43,949 nt of DNA from the sequence record SRR22947727_3076; one strand, written 5' to 3'. The notes beneath the pieces are model-generated. The model was not told the DNA's origin. It searched no databases and worked only from the letters and a program-made list of their open reading frames with translations. The position numbers and the translations under genes were made by a program. Below, one piece after another: positions 17,696 to 26,511 of this stretch. Within the stretch, counting starts at the first letter, position 1; every line of letters begins with the position of its first letter.

Positions 17696-18496
17696 GTGAA
17701 GAATATATTAATTATTTCATCAAAGAAATATACCAAATTAAAAAATTATACAGATTTTGTTAGTTTGATAAAATCAAGAAAATTAGAATTCCATATTTCA
17801 TTTGTTGAAGATGTAGAACAATATGATAATTATTTAAACAAAGATACACTTGTTGTCAGTTTTGGCGGAGATGGTACAGCACTTAAGGCTATGAAAATAT
17901 CTTGGACCTATAATTTATTATTCATGCCCTTAGGAACTGGACGTGTTGGATATCTTGTAAACAAATCTGAAAATATAGAGCAAATACTTGACGAGTGGAT
18001 TGAAGGCAAGAGCCACATCAACAATAGGAAAGCAATAATACAAGATAATAATTTAAAATCTCCGGCCTTTAATGAAATCGTATTAATTAAAAATTCTCCA
18101 ACAAGAATTCTTGATATTGTATTTAAAACTCATGACCAAACAGTAAAACTAAGAGCTGACGGAATTATTATTTCAACATCTTTAGGCTCAACAGCATATA
18201 ATTATTCAGCAGGTGGACCAATTGTACAAAATAGTCTTAATTCAATTATCATTACACCTATCTCACCATTTTCTAAATTTCCCAGGTCAATTGTTTTAGA
18301 TCAAAAGTCGAAAATTCAGATTGAAATCAAAAAAAAGCAAAATTATGCAATTCAATTTGATGGTGTTGTTGAGTCGGAAGTAGAAAGCGATAAAGATAAC
18401 AAACTTGACTACACGTTATCAGAAAAGTCTTTACACATAATAGGAACAGATAATTCTCCCAGATTAGATTTATTTCTAAATCAAATTCTTAGATAA
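17696..18496 (+). CDS. nadK: NAD kinase
   Basis: GGDGT, GRVGYL, NE, ADG.IIST..GSTAYNYSAGGP. Confidence 0.93.
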   Translation: MKNILIISSKKYTKLKNYTDFVSLIKSRKLEFHISFVEDVEQYDNYLNKDTLVVSFGGDGTALKAMKISWTYNLLFMPLGTGRVGYLVNKSENIEQILDEWIEGKSHINNRKAIIQDNNLKSPAFNEIVLIKNSPTRILDIVFKTHDQTVKLRADGIIISTSLGSTAYNYSAGGPIVQNSLNSIIITPISPFSKFPRSIVLDQKSKIQIEIKKKQNYAIQFDGVVESEVESDKDNKLDYTLSEKSLHIIGTDNSPRLDLFLNQILR

Positions 18497-18518
18497 TCCT
18501 TTTAATAAGGATTTATCA

Positions 18519-18533
18519 TGCTAAAATTTTCGA
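18519..18533 (+). promoter_or_regulatory. extended -10 promoter for leaderless pyrG
   Basis: TG-C-TAAAAT (18519-18527), 6 nt, GTG 18534; no SD. Confidence 0.6.
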
Positions 18534-20159
18534 GTGACCAAATACATATTTGTAACTGGCGGTGTAGTCTCTGGTCTTGGTAAAGGGATTACCTCTGCAT
18601 CCCTTGGTAACCTTCTAAAATCACGTGGACTTACAATTGTTAATCAAAAACTTGATCCATATATCAATGTTGATCCAGATACCATGAATCCTTTTCAACA
18701 TGGTGAAGTATTTGTAACTGAGGACGGCGCAACGACTGATCTAGATCTTGGTCACTACGAACGGTTTACTGGGGTGAATCTACGAAAAGATGCAAATGTG
18801 ACTACTGGAAGCATTTACAGAAAAGTAATAGAAAGAGAACGTAAAGGTGACTACCTAGGAGCAACGGTTCAAGTTATTCCTCATATAACGGATGAAATAA
18901 AGAGAAGAATTAAAGGTATCTCAAATGATGTAGATGTCCAGATTACAGAAATAGGAGGTACTGTTGGTGATATAGAGATACTTCCATTTCTAGAAGCAGC
19001 TAGGCAAATGCGTAAAGAACTTGGTCAAGAAAATGTTATGTTTATACACGTGACTTTGGTTCCTTTTATTGGACCAAGTACAGAACTGAAAACAAAACCT
19101 ACTCAACACTCAGTCTCAATGTTACGAGGGTATGGAATTAGTCCAGACATAATTGTTCTTCGTTCAGATAGAAAACTAGATGAAGATATCAAAAACAAAG
19201 TTTCACTATTTTGTGATGTAAGTTATGAGAATGTAATTAATGCTCCAGATCTTGATGACATCTATGACGTACCTCTTAAAATGCACTCCGAGGGTTTAGA
19301 TGTAGCAGTTAATAAAAGGTTAAACCTCAACACAGAAGAGCCGGAGTTGAATGAATGGAAAAACATGCTTTCTCTTAAAAAAGAATCGACTAAATATGTT
19401 AAGATCGCAATCCTTGGTAAATATTTTGGCTTACCAGATAGCTACATGTCTGTTGTTGAATCATTAAAACATGCATGTCTTCAAAATAAAGTTAATTTAG
19501 ACCTTCAGTGGATTGATGCTGACAATTATGATGCTGAAGACATTTCTAACCTTGATGGGGTTGTAGTTCCAGGTGGTTTTGGAGTGAGGGGGATCGAAGG
19601 TAAAATTTCAGCCATACAGTATTTAAGAGAGAATAAAATTCCATTTCTTGGGATTTGTCTTGGATTACAGTGTGCCGTTATAGAGTATGCAAGAAATGTA
19701 TGTGGAATTAATGAAGCTAATTCTTCTGAATTTTCACAAAATACAAAAGATTTTGTTATTGATCTTTTACCGAATCAAGACCTAGACAAAGATGATGTTG
19801 GTGCATCTATGAGATTAGGAACTTATCCTTGTAAAATTACTGAAAATACTATTACCTCTGAAATATATAAAGATGAAGTCATATACGAGCGTCACAGACA
19901 TAGATATGAAGTGAATAACAAATACAGAGAAGTTTTAGAGAAAAACGGCTTAATTTTCAGTGGCTTGTCTCCAGATAATAACTTAGTAGAAATGATTGAA
20001 TTAAAAGACCATCCTTTCTTCGTTGCCTCTCAATTTCATCCTGAGTTCAAGTCTCGTCCTTGGGAACCTGCTCCAATGTTTGATAAATTCATACAAAGCG
20101 CAGCTCTTTCTCAAAATACTGAGAAAATAACTTCTACAAAAACGAAAGTAAAAGATTAA
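18534..20159 (+). CDS. pyrG: CTP synthase
   Basis: TKYIFVTGGVVSGLGKG, DLDLGHYERF, KTKPTQHSV, GICLG, RHRHRYE, QFHPEF. Confidence 0.98.
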   Translation: MTKYIFVTGGVVSGLGKGITSASLGNLLKSRGLTIVNQKLDPYINVDPDTMNPFQHGEVFVTEDGATTDLDLGHYERFTGVNLRKDANVTTGSIYRKVIERERKGDYLGATVQVIPHITDEIKRRIKGISNDVDVQITEIGGTVGDIEILPFLEAARQMRKELGQENVMFIHVTLVPFIGPSTELKTKPTQHSVSMLRGYGISPDIIVLRSDRKLDEDIKNKVSLFCDVSYENVINAPDLDDIYDVPLKMHSEGLDVAVNKRLNLNTEEPELNEWKNMLSLKKESTKYVKIAILGKYFGLPDSYMSVVESLKHACLQNKVNLDLQWIDADNYDAEDISNLDGVVVPGGFGVRGIEGKISAIQYLRENKIPFLGICLGLQCAVIEYARNVCGINEANSSEFSQNTKDFVIDLLPNQDLDKDDVGASMRLGTYPCKITENTITSEIYKDEVIYERHRHRYEVNNKYREVLEKNGLIFSGLSPDNNLVEMIELKDHPFFVASQFHPEFKSRPWEPAPMFDKFIQSAALSQNTEKITSTKTKVKD

Positions 20160-21027
20160 TAATTCTATTAAATACTTACTTGACGATTACCAAGATTATT
20201 TATCGTACTCAAAAGGATTATCAAAAAATTCAGTTGAAGCATATAGAACTGATCTTTTAAACTTATTCAAAGAAAACTTAGTAACAAATATATCTAGTGA
20301 TGCACTCAACAAGTTAATAAAGTTAATTTCTACAAAAGAGTACAGCCCTAATACAAAAAAAAGAAAAGTTTCCGTATTAAGACAGTTTGTAAAATGGTAT
20401 AACTTTAGGGAAAATACTAAAACAGTTATTCTTGAGGACGTAACAATTAAGTCTGGTCAAAGACTTCCTGAAACACTTTCTATTACACAAATTGAACAAT
20501 TAATAAATTTTCATGACCAGGAAACCTTTATAAGTAAAAGAAATAAAGCCATAATCGATTTTATGTATTCTACAGGATGTCGTGTTAGTGAATTATGCGA
20601 TGTTAAAATTGCCGATATTGATTTTGAGGAAGATTATATTCAATTAACCGGGAAGGGTTCAAAACAACGAATTGTCCCAATTGGTTCCAAACTTAAAATT
20701 AATTTACTATCTTATCTCGACCTAAAGCTTATAAAAGATATCTCAAATAATCCTTTTTTGTTTATTTCCCGTACCGACAATCCGCTAGAACGTACTGCTA
20801 TTTTTAGGATAATCAAATCAACAGCTCTTAAAACCTCAACAACTCTAAATATCCACCCCCATACATTAAGGCATAGCGCTGCAACTCATATGCTTGAAGC
20901 TGGTTGCGACCTTCGAACACTTCAAGAATATTTAGGACATTCATCTGTATCCACAACGCAAATCTATACTAAGTTAACAAAAGAATTTCTTAATGAAGTT
21001 TTTAACGAAAGTCACCCAAGAGCATGA
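20155..21027 (+). CDS. xerD: tyrosine recombinase XerD (start apparently non-canonical, ATT)
   Basis: Frame open from 20152 and encodes the SAM-like N-domain (YL...KGLSKNSVEAYRTDL); catalytic YSTGCRVSE, GKGSKQR, HPHTLRHS.ATH, LGH, TTQIYT; pyrG-xerD-scpAB synteny. Confidence 0.9.
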   Translation: MNNSIKYLLDDYQDYLSYSKGLSKNSVEAYRTDLLNLFKENLVTNISSDALNKLIKLISTKEYSPNTKKRKVSVLRQFVKWYNFRENTKTVILEDVTIKSGQRLPETLSITQIEQLINFHDQETFISKRNKAIIDFMYSTGCRVSELCDVKIADIDFEEDYIQLTGKGSKQRIVPIGSKLKINLLSYLDLKLIKDISNNPFLFISRTDNPLERTAIFRIIKSTALKTSTTLNIHPHTLRHSAATHMLEAGCDLRTLQEYLGHSSVSTTQIYTKLTKEFLNEVFNESHPRA

Positions 21028-21464
21028 ATGAAATTTATTTAAAATCAAAAAGAGCCATAAGATTTCTTTTTTATAAGCATCTTTCTATAGATGAACAATT
21101 GGTAATCTCAAATACACTTAAAAATAATCAATTAATAAAACAATACTGGTTATTAAACAAAGCTGATAGACATCATTCTATTGAGGTTATGAATAGAACC
21201 CTAAGATTCTCTGATGATTTAGAATTATTACAACTTTCCCTACTCCATGATATTGGTAAAAATACTGGGCATTATTCATGGCTCTTAAGAATATTTTCTG
21301 ACCTAAAAATAGTTTCTTCATATAAATCTAAGAAATATCTTGATCATGAATTAATAGGACTTGAAGTATTGTCTCAAATTGGGGATATAGATTCTTTAGT
21401 TGATCAATATAAAAAAAATCTTCTTCAAAATAAGCATCAAATACTAGATAAAACTGATTACTAA
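21024..21464 (+). CDS. small HD-domain protein
   Basis: DRHHS, LLHDIGK, H...G, terminal D. Confidence 0.75.
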   Translation: MNEIYLKSKRAIRFLFYKHLSIDEQLVISNTLKNNQLIKQYWLLNKADRHHSIEVMNRTLRFSDDLELLQLSLLHDIGKNTGHYSWLLRIFSDLKIVSSYKSKKYLDHELIGLEVLSQIGDIDSLVDQYKKNLLQNKHQILDKTDY

Positions 21465-22171
21465 TGGAAAATATACAAGTAATAGAAAATCTAAAAAGTC
21501 TTCTTGTTGAATATACATCAAATACAGAAACACAAATTGCTAATAATCTCACAATGATTTTTCAGAGTTTCCAAAATAAATCATTAAAAGAAGACATAGA
21601 CAATTATGCCGAGTTTGTTCTACTTGGTGCATCACTATTTGAGTTAAAAGCAAAAAGATTACTACCCCAAGATGAGGAAGTAGATTGGCTTGATGAAGTT
21701 GAACTAATAAAAGACAAAGATCTTGCATTTGCCAGATTGCTCCAATTTAAAGCTTTTACTGAAGTTGGACTGGCTCTAGCTATAAAAGTTAAACAAACCG
21801 AACGTGAAGTACCCGCATTTAAATATTATCAAACAAGTTCATTATCAGTAAAGCCCGAAATTCGTTACAACATTGACATTACTAAATTTACAGAAACAGC
21901 AAATGAAGTTTTCAGTAGATATAAAACAATACAGGGATTTTCACATATTGACAAAGAGCTCCCTGATTTACAAGTTGCAATAGATGATCTATTAAAACTT
22001 GTTGATAAAAGATTAAATACAACATTCGAAGAATTAGTCTCCTCAGTAAATTCTTCACAAGAGGCTGTAGCATTTTTCTTAGCGTTACTTGAAGCTGTCC
22101 GATGGGGCTTTATTAAAGCTGAGCAAACAAATGTTAATAAAGAGATTATTATTGAGAAAAACTATGAATAG
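21464..22171 (+). CDS. scpA: segregation and condensation protein A
   Basis: AEFV...A.L.ELKAKRLLP; FLALLE winged-helix C-terminus; adjacent to scpB. Confidence 0.85.
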   Translation: MENIQVIENLKSLLVEYTSNTETQIANNLTMIFQSFQNKSLKEDIDNYAEFVLLGASLFELKAKRLLPQDEEVDWLDEVELIKDKDLAFARLLQFKAFTEVGLALAIKVKQTEREVPAFKYYQTSSLSVKPEIRYNIDITKFTETANEVFSRYKTIQGFSHIDKELPDLQVAIDDLLKLVDKRLNTTFEELVSSVNSSQEAVAFFLALLEAVRWGFIKAEQTNVNKEIIIEKNYE

Positions 22172-22688
22172 CAAAAAAGTTATATCTGCAGTACTACTTG
22201 TAAGTGATGGACCCGTAGAACACGAATATTTCGAAAAACTACTAACAATAAATAATTCGGAACTTATAAACTTAATTGATGAAATTAATGCCAACTTTGA
22301 AAATGCAGACATTGGTTTTTTTATAAAATATAATGATTTTAAATCTGACATTGTGACTAAATCAGAAATTTCAGAGCTACTTGGTGATGTAAAACCTCCA
22401 GCAATTTTAAGAGGTCTTTCTACGCCAGCGTTAGAGACTCTTGCAATAGTTGCTTACGAACAGCCAGTTACAAAAATGAAAATTTCAGAAATTAGAGGGG
22501 TTGAATCTGAATCCTCCATTAAAACTTTAGAATCAAGGGGTCTCATAGAAAAAGGTGGCGAACTCGACGTTCCTGGTAATCCAATTCTGTATACAACGAC
22601 AGAATTGTTCTTACAAAAACTAGATTTATCTTCAATAAATAATCTACCGACCATCGGTGAGTATTTTAATAAAGCAGAAGAAGAGTAA
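22164..22688 (+). CDS. scpB: segregation and condensation protein B
   Basis: LS..ALETLAIVAYEQPVT..ISEIRGV, PGNPILY.TT..FL; ATG 22164. Confidence 0.93.
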   Translation: MNSKKVISAVLLVSDGPVEHEYFEKLLTINNSELINLIDEINANFENADIGFFIKYNDFKSDIVTKSEISELLGDVKPPAILRGLSTPALETLAIVAYEQPVTKMKISEIRGVESESSIKTLESRGLIEKGGELDVPGNPILYTTTELFLQKLDLSSINNLPTIGEYFNKAEEE

Positions 22689-22692
22689 ATTA

Positions 22693-23343
22693 TTGAGAAT
22701 TAATCGGTTTCTTGCATTGAATCTTAATGTTTCACGTAGAGATAGTGATATTCTCGTAGAGAATAAATCTATCAAGATAAACGGAGTTATAGCTAATCAT
22801 GGTGACCTTGTAGATGATGACGATATAGTCATGCATAAGAATCAAGTTATCCAAGCCATAAAAGAACATGAATATTTTCTTTTCTATAAGCCCTATGGAT
22901 ATGTATCGTCTCACAAAAGACAAGGGGAGTCGAAAATTATCTACGACTTGATCCACAATAAATCATTAAAATTTGGTGGTCGTCTGGATAAGGACTCAGA
23001 AGGCTTAATGCTACTAAGCACAGATGGCGTGTGGCTAAATAAATACTCACATCCAAAAAGTAATATTTCTAAAAAATACATTGTTGTAACAAGTAAAGAA
23101 ATTAATTTTGAAACATTTAAAAAATCTATAAAAGATAATGACGAACAACTAAAAATCCATAAACTAACTGAGATTAAAAAATTAACTTATGAAATAGTTC
23201 TTAAAACTGGTAAAAATCGTGAAATACGAAGGATTTTTGATGTTAACAACATTCCAATTAAAAACCTTAAAAGGATTCAAGTTGACAAATTTGAAATTGG
23301 TAAAATGAAAATTGGTCAGTTAAAAAAAATTAAATTAACATAG
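22693..23343 (+). CDS. rluB: rRNA pseudouridine synthase (RluB/RsuA family)
   Basis: S4 domain LRINRFLA..SRR; YKP.GY, GRLDKDSEGL, GKNREIRR; start TTG 22693 inferred. Confidence 0.85.
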   Translation: MRINRFLALNLNVSRRDSDILVENKSIKINGVIANHGDLVDDDDIVMHKNQVIQAIKEHEYFLFYKPYGYVSSHKRQGESKIIYDLIHNKSLKFGGRLDKDSEGLMLLSTDGVWLNKYSHPKSNISKKYIVVTSKEINFETFKKSIKDNDEQLKIHKLTEIKKLTYEIVLKTGKNREIRRIFDVNNIPIKNLKRIQVDKFEIGKMKIGQLKKIKLT

Positions 23344-23349
23344 TTACGT

Positions 23350-23964
23350 ATGAATTATATTGTAACTATTGATGGACCCTCAGGTGTTGGTAAGACATCA
23401 TTAGGAAGTCTTTTGGCACAAGAATATAATTCAAATTTCTTTTCAAGTGGAAAACTATACAGAATTATAGCTAGATACTTCATTGATCATTCAACTTCTG
23501 ATACTAGCAATTTACAAATAGAAATTAACGAGGAATTACAAATTACTTTAAATAGTTATTCTTATTCTGATTCCGATTTGTATATAAAAAATATCAATTC
23601 TAAAAGTTCTGAAATTGCCAAAATAAAAGAAGTTAGACAAATTGTTTCAGAATCCCTAACTAATTTATCCAAAAAACTTTCAAATGGTTTAATTATTGAA
23701 GGTAGAGATATGGGATCTATAGTCTTTCCAAATGCTGATTTAAAAATCTATCTTGATGCAGACATTGAAGTAAGGTCAAAAAGAAGATTAAAGCAATCTA
23801 ACGATTCTGAGACAAAAGAAGATTTATTGAAAAGGGATGATAATGATAAAAATAGAGCAGAATCACCCTTAGTAATTCCCGACGATGCACTTTATATTGA
23901 TAATTCCGATATAAATATGGATGACGTTCTTGAGTTGGTTAAAGAGAAGCTAAAGCTTCTGTAG
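23350..23964 (+). CDS. cmk: cytidylate kinase
   Basis: IDGPSGVGKT, SG.LYR, EGRDMGS.VFP.A.LK.YL.A, RD..D..R..SPL. Confidence 0.94.
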   Translation: MNYIVTIDGPSGVGKTSLGSLLAQEYNSNFFSSGKLYRIIARYFIDHSTSDTSNLQIEINEELQITLNSYSYSDSDLYIKNINSKSSEIAKIKEVRQIVSESLTNLSKKLSNGLIIEGRDMGSIVFPNADLKIYLDADIEVRSKRRLKQSNDSETKEDLLKRDDNDKNRAESPLVIPDDALYIDNSDINMDDVLELVKEKLKLL

Positions 23965-24970
23965 CAGACCATTGCTTATCTTTATTAACACTTCTTACAG
24001 GCTCAACTTTATTTTCTGGAAATAATTCCAGTAAAAAATTACTTATCGCTGTAATATTTGACCTTAGCTCTTTAGGAAGCGGAAAATATTCTGTCTCATT
24101 TGTATTTTCAAAATAAATTGTTTCGTTTGGTTGAAGTTTATTGATAATTTCTTGAACTATATGATCAGGCGCAGAAGCTCCAGCTGTCACAGCAACATTT
24201 TTATCTTTTAAGTCTAAATTATCTATCTCTTCGGTTGTGTTCACTCGGAAACTTTCTTTACCTAAGTTCTTTATTGTTGAAACAAGTGCCTTAGTGTTAC
24301 TTGATGTATCTGAACCCACAACTAAGACTACATCAACCTTACTTGAAACATTTATTACAGCTTCTTGACGGTTTGTTGTTGCATAACAGAGATCACTCTT
24401 TCTTGGCATATTCAAATTTGGATATTTTTTTTGTGCTGATTCCATTATTGGTGTCCACTCTGACATAGCTAAGGTCGTTTGTGCAAGTAATGCTACATTA
24501 TCACTGGATATGTTTATTTCTTCTAAATCATCTTCCTTCTCGACTAAAAACATTGAGTCAGGTGCTACACCTAAAGCTCCAAGTGCTTCATCATGATTTT
24601 TATGACCTACGTAAATAATTTGTTGTCCTGCTTCACTAAACTTCTTTGCCTCATGATGCACCTTAGTTACTAGTGGACACACCGCATTGACTTGAACGGA
24701 TGAGAGAGAATTAAATTCATTTTCTGTTTTTGGTGAAGTTCCATGAGCTGATAGCATTACAATTGCATTTTTTGGTAGTTCTTCAGATGACTCAATAAAT
24801 TCAATATTTTTGGTTTTAAAACGTTCTACAATCCAGTCGTTATGAACAATTTCATGATAACAATAAATAGTTTCATCATAGATTTTCAACATCCATGTCA
24901 ATGCTTTAATTGCCATCTCCACGCCAGCGCAAAAGCCCCTTGGGGTAACTAAATAAAGATTGTTTACCAT
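23939..24970 (-). CDS. ispH: 4-hydroxy-3-methylbut-2-enyl diphosphate reductase
   Basis: PRGFCAGV, EIVHN, SAHG, CPLVTKVH, GH..H.E, QTT, CYATTNRQ, SSN, TAGASAP. Confidence 0.96.
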   Translation of the reverse strand: MVNNLYLVTPRGFCAGVEMAIKALTWMLKIYDETIYCYHEIVHNDWIVERFKTKNIEFIESSEELPKNAIVMLSAHGTSPKTENEFNSLSSVQVNAVCPLVTKVHHEAKKFSEAGQQIIYVGHKNHDEALGALGVAPDSMFLVEKEDDLEEINISSDNVALLAQTTLAMSEWTPIMESAQKKYPNLNMPRKSDLCYATTNRQEAVINVSSKVDVVLVVGSDTSSNTKALVSTIKNLGKESFRVNTTEEIDNLDLKDKNVAVTAGASAPDHIVQEIINKLQPNETIYFENTNETEYFPLPKELRSNITAISNFLLELFPENKVEPVRSVNKDKQWSATEALASL

Positions 24971-24996
24971 ATCAGTAGGATAGCTATATTTAAATT
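24971..24996. promoter_or_regulatory. 26-bp bidirectional leaderless promoter region (ispH / der)
   Basis: Plus: TATATT (24985-90) + 6 nt + ATG 24997; minus: TATCCT (24982-24977) + 6 nt + ATG 24970. Confidence 0.55.
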
Positions 24997-26301
24997 ATGA
25001 CTAAAAATAATATCGATGAAGTTTTATTAATTGGACTACCTAACTCTGGTAAGTCTTCATTGGTTAATGCGTTGTCCAAGAAAAAAGTTTCAATAATTGG
25101 TTCTACGCCAAATACAACGCGAGATAAAGTCTCTACAACAATTAAAAGAAATGATAAAATTTTTAATATTTCTGATTTACCTGGATATCTCGAAGACCCA
25201 GATGAACTAAATGAAAAGTTTCAAAATAAGCTAAAAGCATATCTCAATGATGCCAAATTAATCATGTTTGTTATAGATGTGCACACCACAAATTATTCTG
25301 GATTAGATAAAATACACAGTCTTCTACAAAAGAATATAAATAAAGAACAAAAGGTCATAACGGTCTTTAACAAATGTGAAAACTTTAAAAAGTTTGAGTT
25401 GAATACAGAGCTGTACAAATACATTTATGATTCAGACTATTATGTCTCATCTATACATAAATTGGGTACTGAAGAATTAATGGAGTCACTTACCAAAAGC
25501 ATGTCATCTAATACTGATTCAATTAAAAATACTTACAAATCTATAGCAATTATTGGAAAGCCAAACTCGGGTAAATCTACATTGTTTAATAAGCTCTTGA
25601 ATGAGGAAAGGGCAATTGTTTCAAATATTTCGGGCACCACAAGAGATAAATTAGAAGAAACAATCAAGTTCGATTCAGATTCTTATAACATTATTGATAC
25701 TGCTGGTGTACCTCGTAAAAAGCAAAAAAACCAGATAGATAGATACGCATCATCTTTAGCAGTAGGTCAATTAGAAAATTCAGTAATAGCTTTTCTTGTT
25801 GTGGATGCAAAACAGGGGATAAATTTTGAAGACATGAGATTAATTAGTGAATGCATTGAGAACAAAGTAACACCAATATTAATTATGAATAAGTGGGATC
25901 TCTTAAAAGAAGAAGAGAAACTTTTTATTAACAAAAACATTGCCTCATTGTTAAAGAAATATTCATGGTTAAAGATCTTAAGAATTTCAGCACTTAATGG
26001 TAAAGGTGTAAAAAATCTTAATACTGTAATTTACGATTTACAGAAACAGCTTTCAACTCGTATTACAACACATGAATTAAATATACTTTTCAGAGAAATT
26101 TGGACAAAAAAACCACCTCATCCATTTAGGGGAAGGAGAGCGAAGTTAAAATATGTTACACAGTACGATATTTATCCTCCTTCATTTAGTTTTATTTTAA
26201 GTGGTAGAGTCCCAATTAATTACCAAAATTTTATAGATAATAGACTTCGTGACACTTATAATTTTGACAATATATGTTTGAACATAAAATTTAAAAATTA
26301 A
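24997..26301 (+). CDS. der: ribosome biogenesis GTPase Der (EngA)
   Basis: Two tandem GTPase domains (GLPNSGKS/TTRD; GKPNSGKS/GTTRD/DTAG/NKWD) and a KH-like C-terminus. Confidence 0.93.
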   Translation: MTKNNIDEVLLIGLPNSGKSSLVNALSKKKVSIIGSTPNTTRDKVSTTIKRNDKIFNISDLPGYLEDPDELNEKFQNKLKAYLNDAKLIMFVIDVHTTNYSGLDKIHSLLQKNINKEQKVITVFNKCENFKKFELNTELYKYIYDSDYYVSSIHKLGTEELMESLTKSMSSNTDSIKNTYKSIAIIGKPNSGKSTLFNKLLNEERAIVSNISGTTRDKLEETIKFDSDSYNIIDTAGVPRKKQKNQIDRYASSLAVGQLENSVIAFLVVDAKQGINFEDMRLISECIENKVTPILIMNKWDLLKEEEKLFINKNIASLLKKYSWLKILRISALNGKGVKNLNTVIYDLQKQLSTRITTHELNILFREIWTKKPPHPFRGRRAKLKYVTQYDIYPPSFSFILSGRVPINYQNFIDNRLRDTYNFDNICLNIKFKN

Positions 26302-26302
26302 C

Positions 26303-26395
26303 ATGGAAAACTTTGGCTTCAAAATAGGAGTTTTCTTATTTGGCTTTTACCTAATTTTGAGGTTGTTTCAGTTTTTAATCAACTTAGTCATTTAA
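26303..26395 (+). CDS. 30-aa hydrophobic micro-protein (not in ORF track)
   Basis: ATG 1 nt after der stop; MENFGFKIGVFLFGFYLILRLFQFLINLVI*. Confidence 0.5.
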   Translation: MENFGFKIGVFLFGFYLILRLFQFLINLVI

Positions 26396-26429
26396 AACAA
26401 AATACAACCTATTTTAATAAAAGTAGATT

Positions 26430-26508
26430 TTTCAATTGAAATGCTTACAAATACACCTAATATTAATACATCCACACTTACGTGTGGATTTTGTATACAA
26501 AAGGAGAA
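26430..26508 (+). promoter_or_regulatory. oppA promoter, 5' hairpin and SD
   Basis: Palindrome TTTCAATTGAAA (26430-41) containing TTGAAA; TAATAT at 26458-63; hairpin ATCCACAC-TTAC-GTGTGGAT (26470-89); SD AAGGAG before TTG 26512. Confidence 0.5.
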
Positions 26509-26511
26509 AAA

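Noticed and set aside
20155-21027. Tyrosine recombinase as a prophage or island integrase
   Set aside because: XerD-type motifs and conserved pyrG-xerD-scpAB context; no att repeats or phage genes nearby
20563-21027. xerD as a truncated pseudogene (154 aa in the ORF track)
   Set aside because: The upstream frame is uninterrupted and encodes the N-terminal domain; only a canonical start codon is missing
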